A DNA stretch of 64,000 bases, taken from the NCBI GenBank assembly GCA_021791495.1, contig JAJYWN010000060.1:141591-205590 (forward strand), given 5' to 3'. The notes below the pieces were generated by a model, which was not told the origin of the DNA, searched no databases, and worked only from the letters and a program-made list of their open reading frames with translations. Each line of letters begins with the position of its first letter. Within the stretch, counting starts at the first letter, position 1. The DNA is from Bacillota bacterium. Its GTDB lineage: Bacteria; Bacillota; Sulfobacillia; JAJYWN01. This document shows positions 1 to 10,248 of the stretch, in pieces. The position numbers and the translations under genes were made by a program.

Positions 1-311
1 GCACCTTGAGCGGCGGCGAGCAGCAGATGCTGGCTATCGGGCGCGCGCTGATGGCCAAACCGAAGATCCTTCTTCTCGATGAGCCGTCTCTGGGATTGGC
101 CCCCCAAGTGGTCACTCAGGTACTTGATCTCATAAGGCGGATTCGCCAATCGGGTGTCGGAGTACTCTTGGTGGAGCAAAACGTCCACCAGGCATTAGAA
201 GTAGCGGATACGGCTTACGTCTTGGAGAACGGGCGGGTGGTCCTTTCGGGCAGAGCTGGTGAGATCAGGGAGAACCCAGCCGTCCGGTCCGCATATCTGG
301 GACCGGCTTGA
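1..311 (+). CDS. livF: Branched-chain amino acid ABC transporter ATP-binding subunit (LivF-like), 3' part, truncated by window edge
   Basis: Signature [16 protein letters not shown], Walker [17 protein letters not shown] switch, C-terminal AYLG. Confidence 0.9.
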   Translation, partial: TLSGGEQQMLAIGRALMAKPKILLLDEPSLGLAPQVVTQVLDLIRRIRQSGVGVLLVEQNVHQALEVADTAYVLENGRVVLSGRAGEIRENPAVRSAYLGPA

Positions 312-362
312 TGCCAAGCTGAGTGGGTCCGGCCGGAATGAGGCCGGCCTAACCCGCAGACG

Positions 363-716
363 TCAACGCAAAGCCTCGCAGAAGCATTGGAAACTCCGCG
401 AACGGTTGCGTTCAGGCTCCATGTACGCTGATACTCTCTCAGAGACCTTGATCTTGGGAAGGCCTGTCCGGTAATACGGGTGGAGCACTCTCTCTAACGC
501 CTCGCAAGTGCCCCCCGCTACGGAGTCTGGGTCGCGAAACCCCGCCCTCTCACCCAATGTTAGGGGCACTCTAGGGTACGCGGCGGCAAGCGCAGGAACG
601 TCCCCCAAAAGCCAGGCTTCCAGCTCCTCACAGGCAATGCGATTGACAACGGAAAACTGGGGAAGAGCCCCCAGTCTGGCGGCAACCAGTGACGGTAACC
701 TGCAAGCCGCTTTCAA
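363..716 (-). pseudogene. DUF4276-like protein, C-terminal fragment
   Basis: [15 protein letters not shown]...NRSRSFQCF resembles the DUF4276 C-terminus; the N-terminal half is absent and the fragment abuts a truncated ATPase. Confidence 0.65.
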
Positions 717-1137
717 ACTCGAGAAACCGAAATGGCTTCCCTTTAGGCTTGCGCCTCCACTGTAGCCACTCCTCAGAAACGTAAGGGCCGCGCTGGTTCT
801 CCTCTATGGCCAAGTGATAGGTCAGTAGCGGTGTTCCTGGGCACTCCCTGTACTTGACCTCAATCTCTATCGGACCGGAAGCTCCCCGGCTCCGCAGTTC
901 CTTGAACCTTCCTCGCCTATCCCAAGCTTTCCTGAGGCCACTAGTAAAGCATTCCGACAGAAACGCAAACACGTCAAAGACCGTCGATTTGCCACTGCCG
1001 TTAGGTCCGATCAGGGTCGCCAACGGCAGGAGGTCTCTGAGCTCGAAATCCTTGAGGACTCGGTAGTTCCGCACGTGAACGTACTCAATCCGAGGGACAG
1101 AGGCGTTGCTTTCGAGATCATCCTGCCACAAGCTCAT
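717..1137 (-). pseudogene. AAA_21/SMC-like ABC ATPase, N-terminal fragment
   Basis: [13 protein letters not shown]...[11 protein letters not shown]alker A; similarity stops at KPFRFLEF (~717) with no signature or Walker B; ORF runs on out of frame to 628. Confidence 0.75.
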
Positions 1138-1356
1138 GGCCGCCCTCCCAATCCTGACCAGTGCCTCTACAACTAGACGCGGTGATTACTTAGACCTTTT
1201 GCGGTCCCAAGTCGGTTTATGCCGTGAAGGCCGACGTGGTAAGGAGGAGCCTGGTCCCAAGGACTGAGGGAATGGTCCGTCGAACATGAAGCGGAACATA
1301 GACTGACAAAGATTCACGGCCATCTTGGCCGATGGATGTGAAAGGATGGTCGGGCC

Positions 1357-3249
1357 ATGGCTGCAGCGGAAGACTCTTTCCTCGACGGCATGAGGACCTT
1401 CATTCAGGAGAAGATGCAAGTCTGGAAGGTACCCGGCGTTGCCGTGGTCATCGTCCGCAACGGTGAGGTGGTCCTCCAGGAGGGATTCGGCTTCCGCGAT
1501 GTGGAACGCGGGCTGCCGGCGACACCGAACACCTTGTTCGCCATCGGTTCGTCCACCAAGGCGTTCACTGCCGCCGTGGTCGCAGCCCTGGTAGACGAGG
1601 GCAAGCTGGAATGGGACCGTCCCGTTCGGGACTACCTGCCCGGTTTCCGCCTACACGACCCCTTCGCCAGTGAGCGCATCACTCTCCGCGACATGCTCTG
1701 CCACCGCTCAGGGTTGCCCCGCCACGACCTCTTCTGGTACTCCTCCACCCTGACCCGCGAGGAAATCATCGCCCGGCTGCGCTACTTGCCGGCCAGCCGC
1801 GACTTCCGTACGGTCTGGCAGTACCAGAACCTGATGTTCATGACCGCCGGGTACATAGCGGGTCACGTGGCGGGTGGGACCTGGGAGGATGCCGTCCACA
1901 ACCGCCTGTTCGGCCCCCTCGGAATGGCATCCAGCAACTTCTCGGTGACCGAGTCGCAGCGCACGGGCGACTTCGCCCTCCCCTACCTGAAGAAGAATGG
2001 TGCAAGCAGTGACCGTGGTGGCGGCGGCGGCAGCGGTGGCAGAAGTGGCAGCGGCGGCGGCAGTGGCGGCAGTGGCGGGGACGGGAACGCCAAGGTTATC
2101 CCCATCCCCTTCCGCAACATTGACACCGTGGGCCCCGCCGGTTCCATTAACTCCTGCGCCCGTGACATGGCCAAATGGCTGCAACTCCACATAAATGAGG
2201 GGAGGCTGGGAGGCCGGGAGATCATCTCGGCCGCCGCCCTCCGTGAGATGCACTCACCGCAGATGGTCATCCAGCAGCCCGTCCAATACGCGGAACTGCC
2301 CCTCTCCACCTACGGCATGGGCTGGTTCATCGGCCCGTATCGCGGCGCCATCGAAGTCCAGCACGGCGGCAATATCGACGGTTTCAGCGCCTTGGTGAGC
2401 TTCCTCCCGGCCCACAAGACCGGAGTCGTGGTGTTGACGAACTTGGGCGGTAACCCCTTGTCGGCCATCATCTCCCGCTACGTCTACGACCAGGTGCTTG
2501 GCCTGGAGCCGGTGGATTGGAGCGGCCGGCTGCTGGAGGCGGCAGCAAAGGTCGAGGAGGGTATCAAGGAAAAGAAGAGGGCGGAGGCCGCGGCGAAGCG
2601 CAAGGCTTCGGGCGCGCGGTCGATGGAGCGATCAACGGCGGGGTCGACTGGGCGCGGCAGAGCGCGGGTGGCCAAGCCAACGCACCCCTTGGCCGACTAT
2701 GTCGGAGATTACGAGCACCCTGGGTACGGTACGGTGACGGTGGCCTGGAGCGATGAAACTGAGAAGGACGCCCTGGAGCTGCGCTATAACGCCCTGACCT
2801 GCCCTCTGACCCACAAGCACTACGACGTCTTCGAGGCCAGGTACGACCTGTTCGACATGGTCTTGGTTGTCAATTTCCAGATCGGCCTGAAGGGTGAGAT
2901 CGCTTCGCTGTCCGTTCCGCTGGAGGCGGCCCTGGAACCGCAGCCTTTCACCAAGGTCCCACCCAAGCCCTCCGCCGCCCTGGAAGAACGCCTGATGGGG
3001 CGGTACATGCTGAACGGGACCATCCCCGTGGATATCGCCCGCCGGGGCGCCGTCCTGAGCCTGGTCATTCCCGGGCAACCCGCCTTCGACCTGACCCTGC
3101 GCGGAGGAACAACCGCCACCTTCGACGTCAAGGGTTTCCCGCTGTCCCTGGCTTTCACCTTCGACGAAGCCGGGCGGCCGACCGGTTTCGCCCTAACGCA
3201 ACCCAACGCCGTGTTCCAGGCAACGCGAGCGAGCACAGCGAGCACGTAG
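1357..3249 (+). CDS. Serine hydrolase (beta-lactamase class C/CubicO family) with DUF3471-like C-terminal domain
   Basis: SxxK (GSSTK), YxN (YQN), HGG motifs; LADYVGDYEHPGYG C-terminal domain; internal Gly/Ser insertion. Confidence 0.9.
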   Translation: MAAAEDSFLDGMRTFIQEKMQVWKVPGVAVVIVRNGEVVLQEGFGFRDVERGLPATPNTLFAIGSSTKAFTAAVVAALVDEGKLEWDRPVRDYLPGFRLHDPFASERITLRDMLCHRSGLPRHDLFWYSSTLTREEIIARLRYLPASRDFRTVWQYQNLMFMTAGYIAGHVAGGTWEDAVHNRLFGPLGMASSNFSVTESQRTGDFALPYLKKNGASSDRGGGGGSGGRSGSGGGSGGSGGDGNAKVIPIPFRNIDTVGPAGSINSCARDMAKWLQLHINEGRLGGREIISAAALREMHSPQMVIQQPVQYAELPLSTYGMGWFIGPYRGAIEVQHGGNIDGFSALVSFLPAHKTGVVVLTNLGGNPLSAIISRYVYDQVLGLEPVDWSGRLLEAAAKVEEGIKEKKRAEAAAKRKASGARSMERSTAGSTGRGRARVAKPTHPLADYVGDYEHPGYGTVTVAWSDETEKDALELRYNALTCPLTHKHYDVFEARYDLFDMVLVVNFQIGLKGEIASLSVPLEAALEPQPFTKVPPKPSAALEERLMGRYMLNGTIPVDIARRGAVLSLVIPGQPAFDLTLRGGTTATFDVKGFPLSLAFTFDEAGRPTGFALTQPNAVFQATRASTAST

Positions 3250-3273
3250 AGGGATTCCAAAGCCCGGGGCCTA

Positions 3274-3333
3274 CCGTTCTCCGGCCCGTTCTCCGGCCCG
3301 TTCTCCAGCCCGTTCTCCAGCCCGTTCTCCGCC
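3274..3333. repeat. Intergenic tandem repeat, 5 x 12 bp (CCGTTCTCCRGC)
   Basis: ccgttctccggc x2, ccgttctccagc x2, ccgttctccgcc read directly. Confidence 0.9.
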
Positions 3334-3361
3334 CTATTGTCTCCCGCCCCAACGTTCGATA

Positions 3362-4645
3362 GTGTTGGATAGGGGAAAGGGAAAGCGGGGTTGGGGTATG
3401 GTTTGTCCGGATGGTGGCGACCAGGCGGGTCGCCTTGATGTCGCGCGCCGCGGACGCGCCATCAGGAAATCTGTCTCGGTGGTGGCGTCCGTGGTCATCT
3501 TGCTGACGGCGGTCCAGCTCTACCCCCGTGTCAAAGCCACCTACAGGTCGCGCGTCCCCGAGGAGTTCGGGCCCGATCCTCTGACCGATGGCATCACTTA
3601 CACCTTGCCGGCGGACGCCTCAAAGACGGTACTGAGCCTGCCCAACGACTTGGCGGATATCTTCGCCGGCGGACTTACGGGAGCGTCGGGCTTCGGTCTG
3701 CATGCCTTGGACCACGTCGAAGGATTGGACCACATCGTCCTAGACCTTAGACAGGGGGTGCCTGTCGGGAGCTGGGCGGAAGGGGTCGTCACCCAGGTGT
3801 ATTGGACCGGTGAGGATTACCAGATCACTATCGACTACGGCGGCGGTCTGGTGGGCACGTACATGGAGATCACCACTCCTTACGTGAAGAGAGGCCAGCG
3901 CGTCGCGCGCGGCCAGCCCGTGGGCCTTGGCATGGGTGCCGAAAGAGAGGTGTCCAGCGCCGAGTTCGCCCTCTTGGACCGTAATCGCCACAAGGGCGTG
4001 GCGGCAAGTGACGGCCAGGGCGGGGTCTACGTTTCTCCCTACGATTACCTGGAGTACTCGCAGAAGATGAAGCTGGTGGAGGTGTACAGGAGGAACGTCC
4101 TCGACCGGATGGCTGTGACGGCGGGCGGCTCGCCCTTGGAACCAACCCAGTCGGAAAAGGGCAAGTCGCCCGCGCTCTTCCCCTACCAGCCCTACCTCAC
4201 CAACCAAATCATGCTTCACGAAGGCAACCAGGGCCGCTTAACCGGCGAGTGGTACAGTACTCGGAAATGGGGCCCCGGGCTACCGGTGGACATCCTCACG
4301 TTCATCGAAGCGTCGAACCCCTATTTCCGGGGAAACGTCCTTCTTTCGAACGACGACGGCACTCCCACCGGTTCCGGGCTGAGTCTAAAGGGGACGTTCG
4401 AAGTGGACTACGCGAAGAAACAGGTCAAGATCAACGCGCTCGCCACCACCGACTTGCCGCCCACGACCTACTACGGGATCTTCGAAATCGATGAGTCGGG
4501 GAAGACCGCAACGCTGAAACTGGAATACCAGACAGGGAGCTACCCCACAGTTTTCTCCGACAGGGCCGTCACCTACGTGACCAAGCCTCCCATGCGGCGG
4601 CGCCCCGCCGGCAAACTGCTGGGGGTAAGGGATTCAGATAAGTGA
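3362..4645 (+). CDS. Membrane-anchored/secreted protein with degenerate M23 peptidase-like domain
   Basis: N-terminal hydrophobic helix; HVEGLD...GVPV...AEGVV...VKRGQRVARGQPVG pattern; HxH motif not evident; start uncertain (3362 or 3398). Confidence 0.6.
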   Translation: MLDRGKGKRGWGMVCPDGGDQAGRLDVARRGRAIRKSVSVVASVVILLTAVQLYPRVKATYRSRVPEEFGPDPLTDGITYTLPADASKTVLSLPNDLADIFAGGLTGASGFGLHALDHVEGLDHIVLDLRQGVPVGSWAEGVVTQVYWTGEDYQITIDYGGGLVGTYMEITTPYVKRGQRVARGQPVGLGMGAEREVSSAEFALLDRNRHKGVAASDGQGGVYVSPYDYLEYSQKMKLVEVYRRNVLDRMAVTAGGSPLEPTQSEKGKSPALFPYQPYLTNQIMLHEGNQGRLTGEWYSTRKWGPGLPVDILTFIEASNPYFRGNVLLSNDDGTPTGSGLSLKGTFEVDYAKKQVKINALATTDLPPTTYYGIFEIDESGKTATLKLEYQTGSYPTVFSDRAVTYVTKPPMRRRPAGKLLGVRDSDK

Positions 4646-4680
4646 GGTGGGCGCCGGCAAGCGCCGGCAAGCGCCCTGGG

Positions 4681-5667
4681 CTATGAAACCAGGGCCTCTT
4701 GCACCGACCTCATGGCCTGCAGCACCCGGCGGTGGTGACTGAACACCGACCGGTTATGCCGGAGCCGCGCTTCCGCTCCGGCCGTGGAGTTCACCAGGTC
4801 GCCGAAGGTTCTGACCATGGACACGACTGGATGGGGGTGCCAATCCCGGACGGACGTCCGCCCGCCTGCCCCGACCACCGTCACGACCTGGCGGCCCGGT
4901 TCCACCCGTAGCGCCCCGCGCCGCCCCACGATGTCGATGTCTATGTCCGGACCTTCCGATGGATAGTCGGCCGGCAAGCAGGCCGAAATCTCGGCCGAGA
5001 CGATGAAATCGTCCGTGAACCGTATCGTCAGGACCAAGGTGTCCATGCTCTCAACCGCAGCGCGTCTCGTCTCGCCGGCGAGCCCGCCGGTGCCGACGCC
5101 GCCCCCGAAAAGACGCCCCCCAGCGGCATGGACTCGGGCCATGGGCGCCGGCGTGCAGCCGAGGGCGAAGTCCAAGACATGCCAAATGGGGTCTTCGAGA
5201 ACGCTGCTTCCTACCTGCCGCTCGCCACCGGCCGCCGCTCCAACCCTTGTCCTGTATCCCACGTAGGCATGGAGCCCCGGACCTATCCCTCCCCCGGCCA
5301 TGGCGTCGAGGGCGTGTCCCACGGCAGCCATGTGCCGCAGGTCGGTCGGGGTGTAGAGGAGACCCGGCTCCGGTGTCCCTTCGCACGTCCGCTCCAGCTG
5401 ATCCAACTCGGCTTCGGTTAGGGCGCAGGGCATTGGGCACAACACCGACCTCCCAGCGCCGAGGGCCGCGGCGGCGGCCGCCGCCCGCCCACTGGGTGCG
5501 CCGCCGACGAAGACGGCATTGACCGTCTGCTCGCGGGCCGGGGCCGCCAGTTGCACCGGTCCCAAGGTGAATGGGCTTTCATTCCCGAGTCGCTCCACCA
5601 AAGCCGCAGCCCGATCGTCCGAACCTATTACTCCCAGCTCAAGCACTTTCGCCGACACCCCCCACAT
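4681..5667 (-). CDS. Gfo/Idh/MocA-family oxidoreductase-like protein, degenerate motifs
   Basis: LGVIG start, AGRSVLCPMP in place of CEKP, IWHVLD, DIVGRRGALR. Confidence 0.7.
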   Translation of the reverse strand: MWGVSAKVLELGVIGSDDRAAALVERLGNESPFTLGPVQLAAPAREQTVNAVFVGGAPSGRAAAAAAALGAGRSVLCPMPCALTEAELDQLERTCEGTPEPGLLYTPTDLRHMAAVGHALDAMAGGGIGPGLHAYVGYRTRVGAAAGGERQVGSSVLEDPIWHVLDFALGCTPAPMARVHAAGGRLFGGGVGTGGLAGETRRAAVESMDTLVLTIRFTDDFIVSAEISACLPADYPSEGPDIDIDIVGRRGALRVEPGRQVVTVVGAGGRTSVRDWHPHPVVSMVRTFGDLVNSTAGAEARLRHNRSVFSHHRRVLQAMRSVQEALVS

Positions 5668-6712
5668 TAGCCGCCCCCGTCTCGTCCAACCAGACCACGC
5701 GCCCTTCCTTGGCGCTCTTCACCGCCGCCAAGGCGAAGCGTAGCGCCGCCCGGCTCTCTTCGGCCGCCAGAGGCACTGGCTCATCGCGCCGCAGTGCCCC
5801 CACGAACTCCGAAAGCTCCAGCGCATAGGCGTCGGGGATGTGCAGGAGCCTCTCGTACGTGCCGGGATACTTGGCGCCGCCGTCCCCGAACTGGATCAAG
5901 CCCTGCTGGTCGGTGTCCCGGGCGCGGATGAAGCCGCGCGTCCCGCAAATGTCCAGTTGGTGGTAACTGGGGTAGCCCGGGGGCAGACTGTTCGTGACCT
6001 CGGACGAACCCAGCGCGCCGTTGGCGAAGGTGGCCGTGAACGTGATGAAGTCGGGTACCAGGTTGCCTTCCCGTTGGACGGCCGTCTCGGCGAACACCTT
6101 GACCGGCTCGGTCCCCACAAACCACCGTAGCAGGTCGAACTCGTGGATCCCGTTCAGCAGGACCGCGCCCAAAGACAGCTCGGGGTTCCCCGTCCAATGG
6201 TCGGGCCGCCAGTAAGCGCCACGCCGCCCCGGTTCCGGACGCATGCGTCGCTCGTTTTCCCTCGCCAGGCGCACCTCGCCCACCTCGCCGGCATCAATGG
6301 CCTGGCGGATCTCCTGATAACGCCGGGTGAACCGCCGGCTGTGGGCGACCATCAGCCGGACCCCCGCGCACCGGCACGCGGCGATCATGGCGTCGGCATC
6401 CTCAAGGGACGGGGCCATCGGCTTCTCACAAAGGACGTGTTTCCCCGAGGCGGCGGCCGCCTCCACGATCTGCCGGTGGGCGAATTCCGGCGCCGCCACC
6501 ACCACCATTTCCACGTCGGGCCGCTCTGTGACCCGCCGGAAGTCCCCATAGGCATCGGCCCCGAAAGGCCGGGCCGCCGCCTCCGCGGCCGCCGGGGACA
6601 CATCGGCCGTGGCCACCAGACGGACGAGACCGGGTAGGCTACGGATGGCTGGGAGATGGGCGCTGTTGGCGATGCCGCCGCACCCGATCAGTCCGAGACG
6701 AACAGGTTCCAC
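5639..6712 (-). CDS. Gfo/Idh/MocA-family NAD(P)-dependent oxidoreductase
   Basis: GLIGCGGIA Rossmann motif, GKHVLCEKP, NGIHEFD. Confidence 0.92.
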   Translation of the reverse strand: MEPVRLGLIGCGGIANSAHLPAIRSLPGLVRLVATADVSPAAAEAAARPFGADAYGDFRRVTERPDVEMVVVAAPEFAHRQIVEAAAASGKHVLCEKPMAPSLEDADAMIAACRCAGVRLMVAHSRRFTRRYQEIRQAIDAGEVGEVRLARENERRMRPEPGRRGAYWRPDHWTGNPELSLGAVLLNGIHEFDLLRWFVGTEPVKVFAETAVQREGNLVPDFITFTATFANGALGSSEVTNSLPPGYPSYHQLDICGTRGFIRARDTDQQGLIQFGDGGAKYPGTYERLLHIPDAYALELSEFVGALRRDEPVPLAAEESRAALRFALAAVKSAKEGRVVWLDETGAANVGGVGESA

Positions 6713-6769
6713 GGTGTCGTTACCCCTTTCCAGATTACCCGCATCCGGCCTCGGGTCGGGCCGGCGCTA

Positions 6770-8332
6770 TCAGACCTTGGCCGTCTTCCAGCGCCCGCTC
6801 TTCCACCGCATGTAGATCACAAGCGATCGCGTGAGCTGGTCGACGAGCATGGCCAGCCAGGCCCCGGCCAGGCCCCAGTGGAGGACGTTCACGAACAGAA
6901 GACACAGAGTGACGCGGAAGCCCCAGACCCCGGCGAAGGCGGCGTAGAGGGGCCAGGTGGTATCCCCTGCCCCGCGTAGGCCTCCGGCCAGAACGAATTG
7001 GTTGACCTGAGCCGGCTGGGCCAGGGCCGCGATCCTTAGGGCGACGGCGCCGAAGGCGATGACCCCGGCGTCCGAGGTGTACATCCGCACGATCCAGGGG
7101 GCTCCGAGGAAGAAGAGCGCCCCCAAACTCACGCCCATGATCAGGCCCAGGCGCCGGGTCTCCCACCCGCAACGCTCGGCCCAGTCCGGCCGCTTGGCCC
7201 CCAGGTTCTGCCCGACCAGGGTGGTGGCGGCGACGGCGAAGCCCTGGCTGGGCATGAAGGACAGGCTCAGGACGTTCATGGCGATTTGGTGGGCCGCCAC
7301 CGTCACTGTACCCAATCCGGCCACCGTCCGCGTAAAGATGACCATCCCCCCGCGCATGACGAACTGCTCCAGGGCAGCCGGCAGACCGATGCGCACCATT
7401 CGGGCGATGATGGCGCCGTTCCAACGCCACCGGTCCCGCAGACCCACCTTGATGACGTACTTCCCGCTCACCACGGCGGACAGTGAAAGGGCGAAGGCGG
7501 CGAACCGGGCCATGGCCGAGGCCACCGCCGCGCCCAGCACACCCAGAGCGGGCAGACCGAAGGCGCCGTAGATCAAGGGGTAACCGAGGATGACGGCGAG
7601 GACGTTAGCGATCAGGCTCACCCGCATGGGAGTCTTCGTGTCGCCCGCCCCGCGCAGGGCCGAGTTCAAGCTCATGCTGAGGGTATTGAAGGACAGAGTC
7701 ATAGCGATGACCTGGAAATAGCTGAGGCCGGCGGAGATCACCTCGTCCTCGGCACCCATGAAAGCCAGGATCTGAGCGGCGAAGATGTACCCCAGGGCGG
7801 CCATGACCGCGGACAAGACGACGTTGATGAGGAGGGTCTGGCGGGTGACCTCGTTGGCTTCTTCCGGATGCCCGGCGCCAACGGCGCGGGCCACCAGGGC
7901 GGTAGCGCCAACGTTCAGCGCCTGGAAGGCGGAGATGGCGAAGAAAACCGGCTGGTTGGTGAGGCCGACGGCGGCCACGGCTACGGGGCCGAGGTGGCCC
8001 ACCAGGACCATGTTCAAAACCTGAATCATGCTGGAGAACGTCATTTCGGCGATGGCCGGCCCGGCCAACTGGATCACTTTCTGCCGGATGGCGGCCGGGG
8101 TGGCTTCGCCGATACCCACGGCAGCGGATAGGCGGGCGCGGCCCAGTAAGGCGCCACCGGGCAGGGCAGCACCGGGCGGGGAAGCACCGGGCGGGGAAGC
8201 ACCGGGTACGGCGGCACCGGGTGGGGTCGCACCAGGAGCCGCCGCCATGGTCGCGGCAGTGGGGGCCGCGGCGGCGGCGGCAATGAGGGCTTCCTCCGCC
8301 TCTTCCGGAGGGCCACTGGGCCGGTCAGTCAT
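6770..8332 (-). CDS. MATE family efflux transporter with low-complexity N-terminal extension
   Basis: LRGAGDTKTPM and LRGAGDT repeats, GQNLGAK, ~12 TM helices. Confidence 0.93.
   Translation of the reverse strand: MTDRPSGPPEEAEEALIAAAAAAPTAATMAAAPGATPPGAAVPGASPPGASPPGAALPGGALLGRARLSAAVGIGEATPAAIRQKVIQLAGPAIAEMTFSSMIQVLNMVLVGHLGPVAVAAVGLTNQPVFFAISAFQALNVGATALVARAVGAGHPEEANEVTRQTLLINVVLSAVMAALGYIFAAQILAFMGAEDEVISAGLSYFQVIAMTLSFNTLSMSLNSALRGAGDTKTPMRVSLIANVLAVILGYPLIYGAFGLPALGVLGAAVASAMARFAAFALSLSAVVSGKYVIKVGLRDRWRWNGAIIARMVRIGLPAALEQFVMRGGMVIFTRTVAGLGTVTVAAHQIAMNVLSLSFMPSQGFAVAATTLVGQNLGAKRPDWAERCGWETRRLGLIMGVSLGALFFLGAPWIVRMYTSDAGVIAFGAVALRIAALAQPAQVNQFVLAGGLRGAGDTTWPLYAAFAGVWGFRVTLCLLFVNVLHWGLAGAWLAMLVDQLTRSLVIYMRWKSGRWKTAKV
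8150..8240. repeat. Imperfect 15-bp tandem repeats encoding (PGAxP)n in the MATE N-terminus
   Basis: gcaccgggcggggaa repeated; peptide PGATPPGAAVPGASPPGASPPGAALPGG. Confidence 0.75.
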
Positions 8333-8359
8333 GGGGCGAATCCTGCTTTCTTCTGCTAC

Positions 8360-9982
8360 CTATTGCCTATCGAAGCCCAAGGCCACTCCATCCCGTCGGG
8401 GGTCGGCTCCACCGTAAAAAAGCCCACCGGCACCATCGAACAGGACGCCCTGAGACCCTCCGAAGAAGAGGTCATATTCCTTGCGCACGTTCACCTCGTG
8501 GCCCAGCGCCTTCAGCCCTTCGGCGACCACGGCCGGCACACGTCCCTCCACGTTCAGCACGTCCCCATCAATATGCACGCGGGGCGCGGCAATGGCATCC
8601 TGAAGGCGCATGCCGTGGTCGATCACATTCGAGATGACCTGAGCCACAGCGGTGATGATGCGTTTGCTCCCCGGAGAGCCGACGGTCATGACGGGCCTTC
8701 CGTCCTTCAGGACCAAGGTGGGGGACATGCTGGACAAGGGTTTCTTCCCGGGGGCGATGCTATTCGGCCCACCCGGCTTGGGGTCCAGGTCGTGCATCTC
8801 GTCGTTCAAGATGAACCCGTAGCCGGGCACGACGATCCCCGACCCGAAGAAGCACTCGATGGTCTGAGTCAGGGCGACCATATTCAGTTCCTCATCCATG
8901 ACCGAGAGATGGGTTGTGCTGTTGCCTTCGTGCAGCCTCGGCCGGCCCGGTCCGACGCCACCGGGCGGGGTGGCCGCCGCCGGGTCAATCTCGCGGACCC
9001 GTTCGGCGGCATAACCCTTGGTGGTGAGACCTTTCAAGGGGATGTCTCGCACGAAGCCCGGATCGCCCATGAAGGCGTCGCGGTCGCGGAAGGCCCGCTT
9101 CTGGACCTCCGCCAAGAGGTGCAGGTGGCGGACGCTGTTATGGCCCATCGCCCCGATGTCGAATTGCTCCAGCATATTGAGGATCTCGATGACATGAGCC
9201 CCTCCCGAACTGGGCGGGCAGGTGGCGATGAGGTCGTAGCCGCGGTAAGTTCCGGCAATGGGGGTCCGGACGGTCGGCCGGTAGGCGGCGAGGTCCTCCT
9301 CGTCCAGGATACCGCCGCCCGCCCCGATCTCGTCCGCGATGGCTCGGGCGACCTCGCCCCGGTAGAAGACGTCGGGACCGTGAGCGGCCACAAGGCGAAG
9401 AGTGCGCCCGTAATCGGGGTTCCGCAGCGTGTCACCGACGTCAAGGAGGTCGCCATTCCTCTTCAGGTAAATGCGGGCTATTTCCGGGAAGGCCCGTAGT
9501 TTCTCGTGCTGGGACTGGGCGTTATTCCGGAAGTTCTGGGTGACGATGATGCCCTCTTCGGCGGCGCGGATGGCGGGGGCCAGCACCTCGGCCAGGGAGA
9601 GGCGGCCGAACTGTTCCAAGGCGAGGCATAGCCCGGCAACGCTACCAGGGACCGCTACGGCCCGGTGCCCTAGCTGGTTCGCGCGACCGACGACCTCACC
9701 GCCCCGCATGGGGTACATGTCGGCCGCGGCCCTTCTCGGGGCGACCTCTCTGTAGTCGATGAAGGTGGTCTCGCCGGTGCGGCTCAGGCGGAGGAGTAAG
9801 AAACCGCCACCACCGATTCCCGAGCAGAACGGCTCCGCCACTCCGATGGTGAAAGCTGCGGCGACGGCGGCATCCACCGCGTTCCCGCCCCGGCGGAGCA
9901 TCTCCACCCCAGCTTGTGAAGCCAGGGGGTGCGCGGTGGCGACCATGCCGTTCCTTGAGGTGACTTCAGGTTTTCCACCCAA
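8360..9982 (-). CDS. ggt: Gamma-glutamyltransferase
   Basis: GGNAVDAAVA, GIGGGGF, autoprocessing Thr in NSTTHLS, LSSMSP, ADPRRDG; start placed at TTG 9982 after GGGAGGT (ORF open to 10135). Confidence 0.93.
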   Translation of the reverse strand: MGGKPEVTSRNGMVATAHPLASQAGVEMLRRGGNAVDAAVAAAFTIGVAEPFCSGIGGGGFLLLRLSRTGETTFIDYREVAPRRAAADMYPMRGGEVVGRANQLGHRAVAVPGSVAGLCLALEQFGRLSLAEVLAPAIRAAEEGIIVTQNFRNNAQSQHEKLRAFPEIARIYLKRNGDLLDVGDTLRNPDYGRTLRLVAAHGPDVFYRGEVARAIADEIGAGGGILDEEDLAAYRPTVRTPIAGTYRGYDLIATCPPSSGGAHVIEILNMLEQFDIGAMGHNSVRHLHLLAEVQKRAFRDRDAFMGDPGFVRDIPLKGLTTKGYAAERVREIDPAAATPPGGVGPGRPRLHEGNSTTHLSVMDEELNMVALTQTIECFFGSGIVVPGYGFILNDEMHDLDPKPGGPNSIAPGKKPLSSMSPTLVLKDGRPVMTVGSPGSKRIITAVAQVISNVIDHGMRLQDAIAAPRVHIDGDVLNVEGRVPAVVAEGLKALGHEVNVRKEYDLFFGGSQGVLFDGAGGLFYGGADPRRDGVALGFDRQ

Positions 9983-10248
9983 TGCCCGAGACCTCCCACT
10001 CCTGCGTCCCTTGCTCCAGCCTGTAGCGCGGGCCGTGTGCCGTGTGCCGTCTGCCATATGCAGTCTGCCGGTCCAATCCCACTGGAAGTCACAGGTCCAT
10101 TGTGCAAATGCTGGAACTGTTCTGGAGTTCGGCATTCCTCTCGCCTAACTCCTTTTTCGGAACCAGTAAGAATGAGGAAGAACGCAGGTGAGCGCGGAGT
10201 GTGGGCATCGATGAGGGCGCCGCCACCGACCTGCGGTGGGCCACCCCG

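Noticed and set aside
1186..1419. Small minus-strand ORF upstream of the ATPase fragment
   Set aside because: Overlaps the serine hydrolase start and has no recognisable motif; may be a gene remnant but cannot be supported
3274..3333. Short repeats as a possible CRISPR array
   Set aside because: 12-bp head-to-tail units without spacers and no cas genes
8363..9499. Long antisense ORFs (also 13427-14347, 27807-29210, 32284-33543, 54495-55505, 61724-62776)
   Set aside because: Shadow frames of well-supported genes, expected at high GC; no motifs
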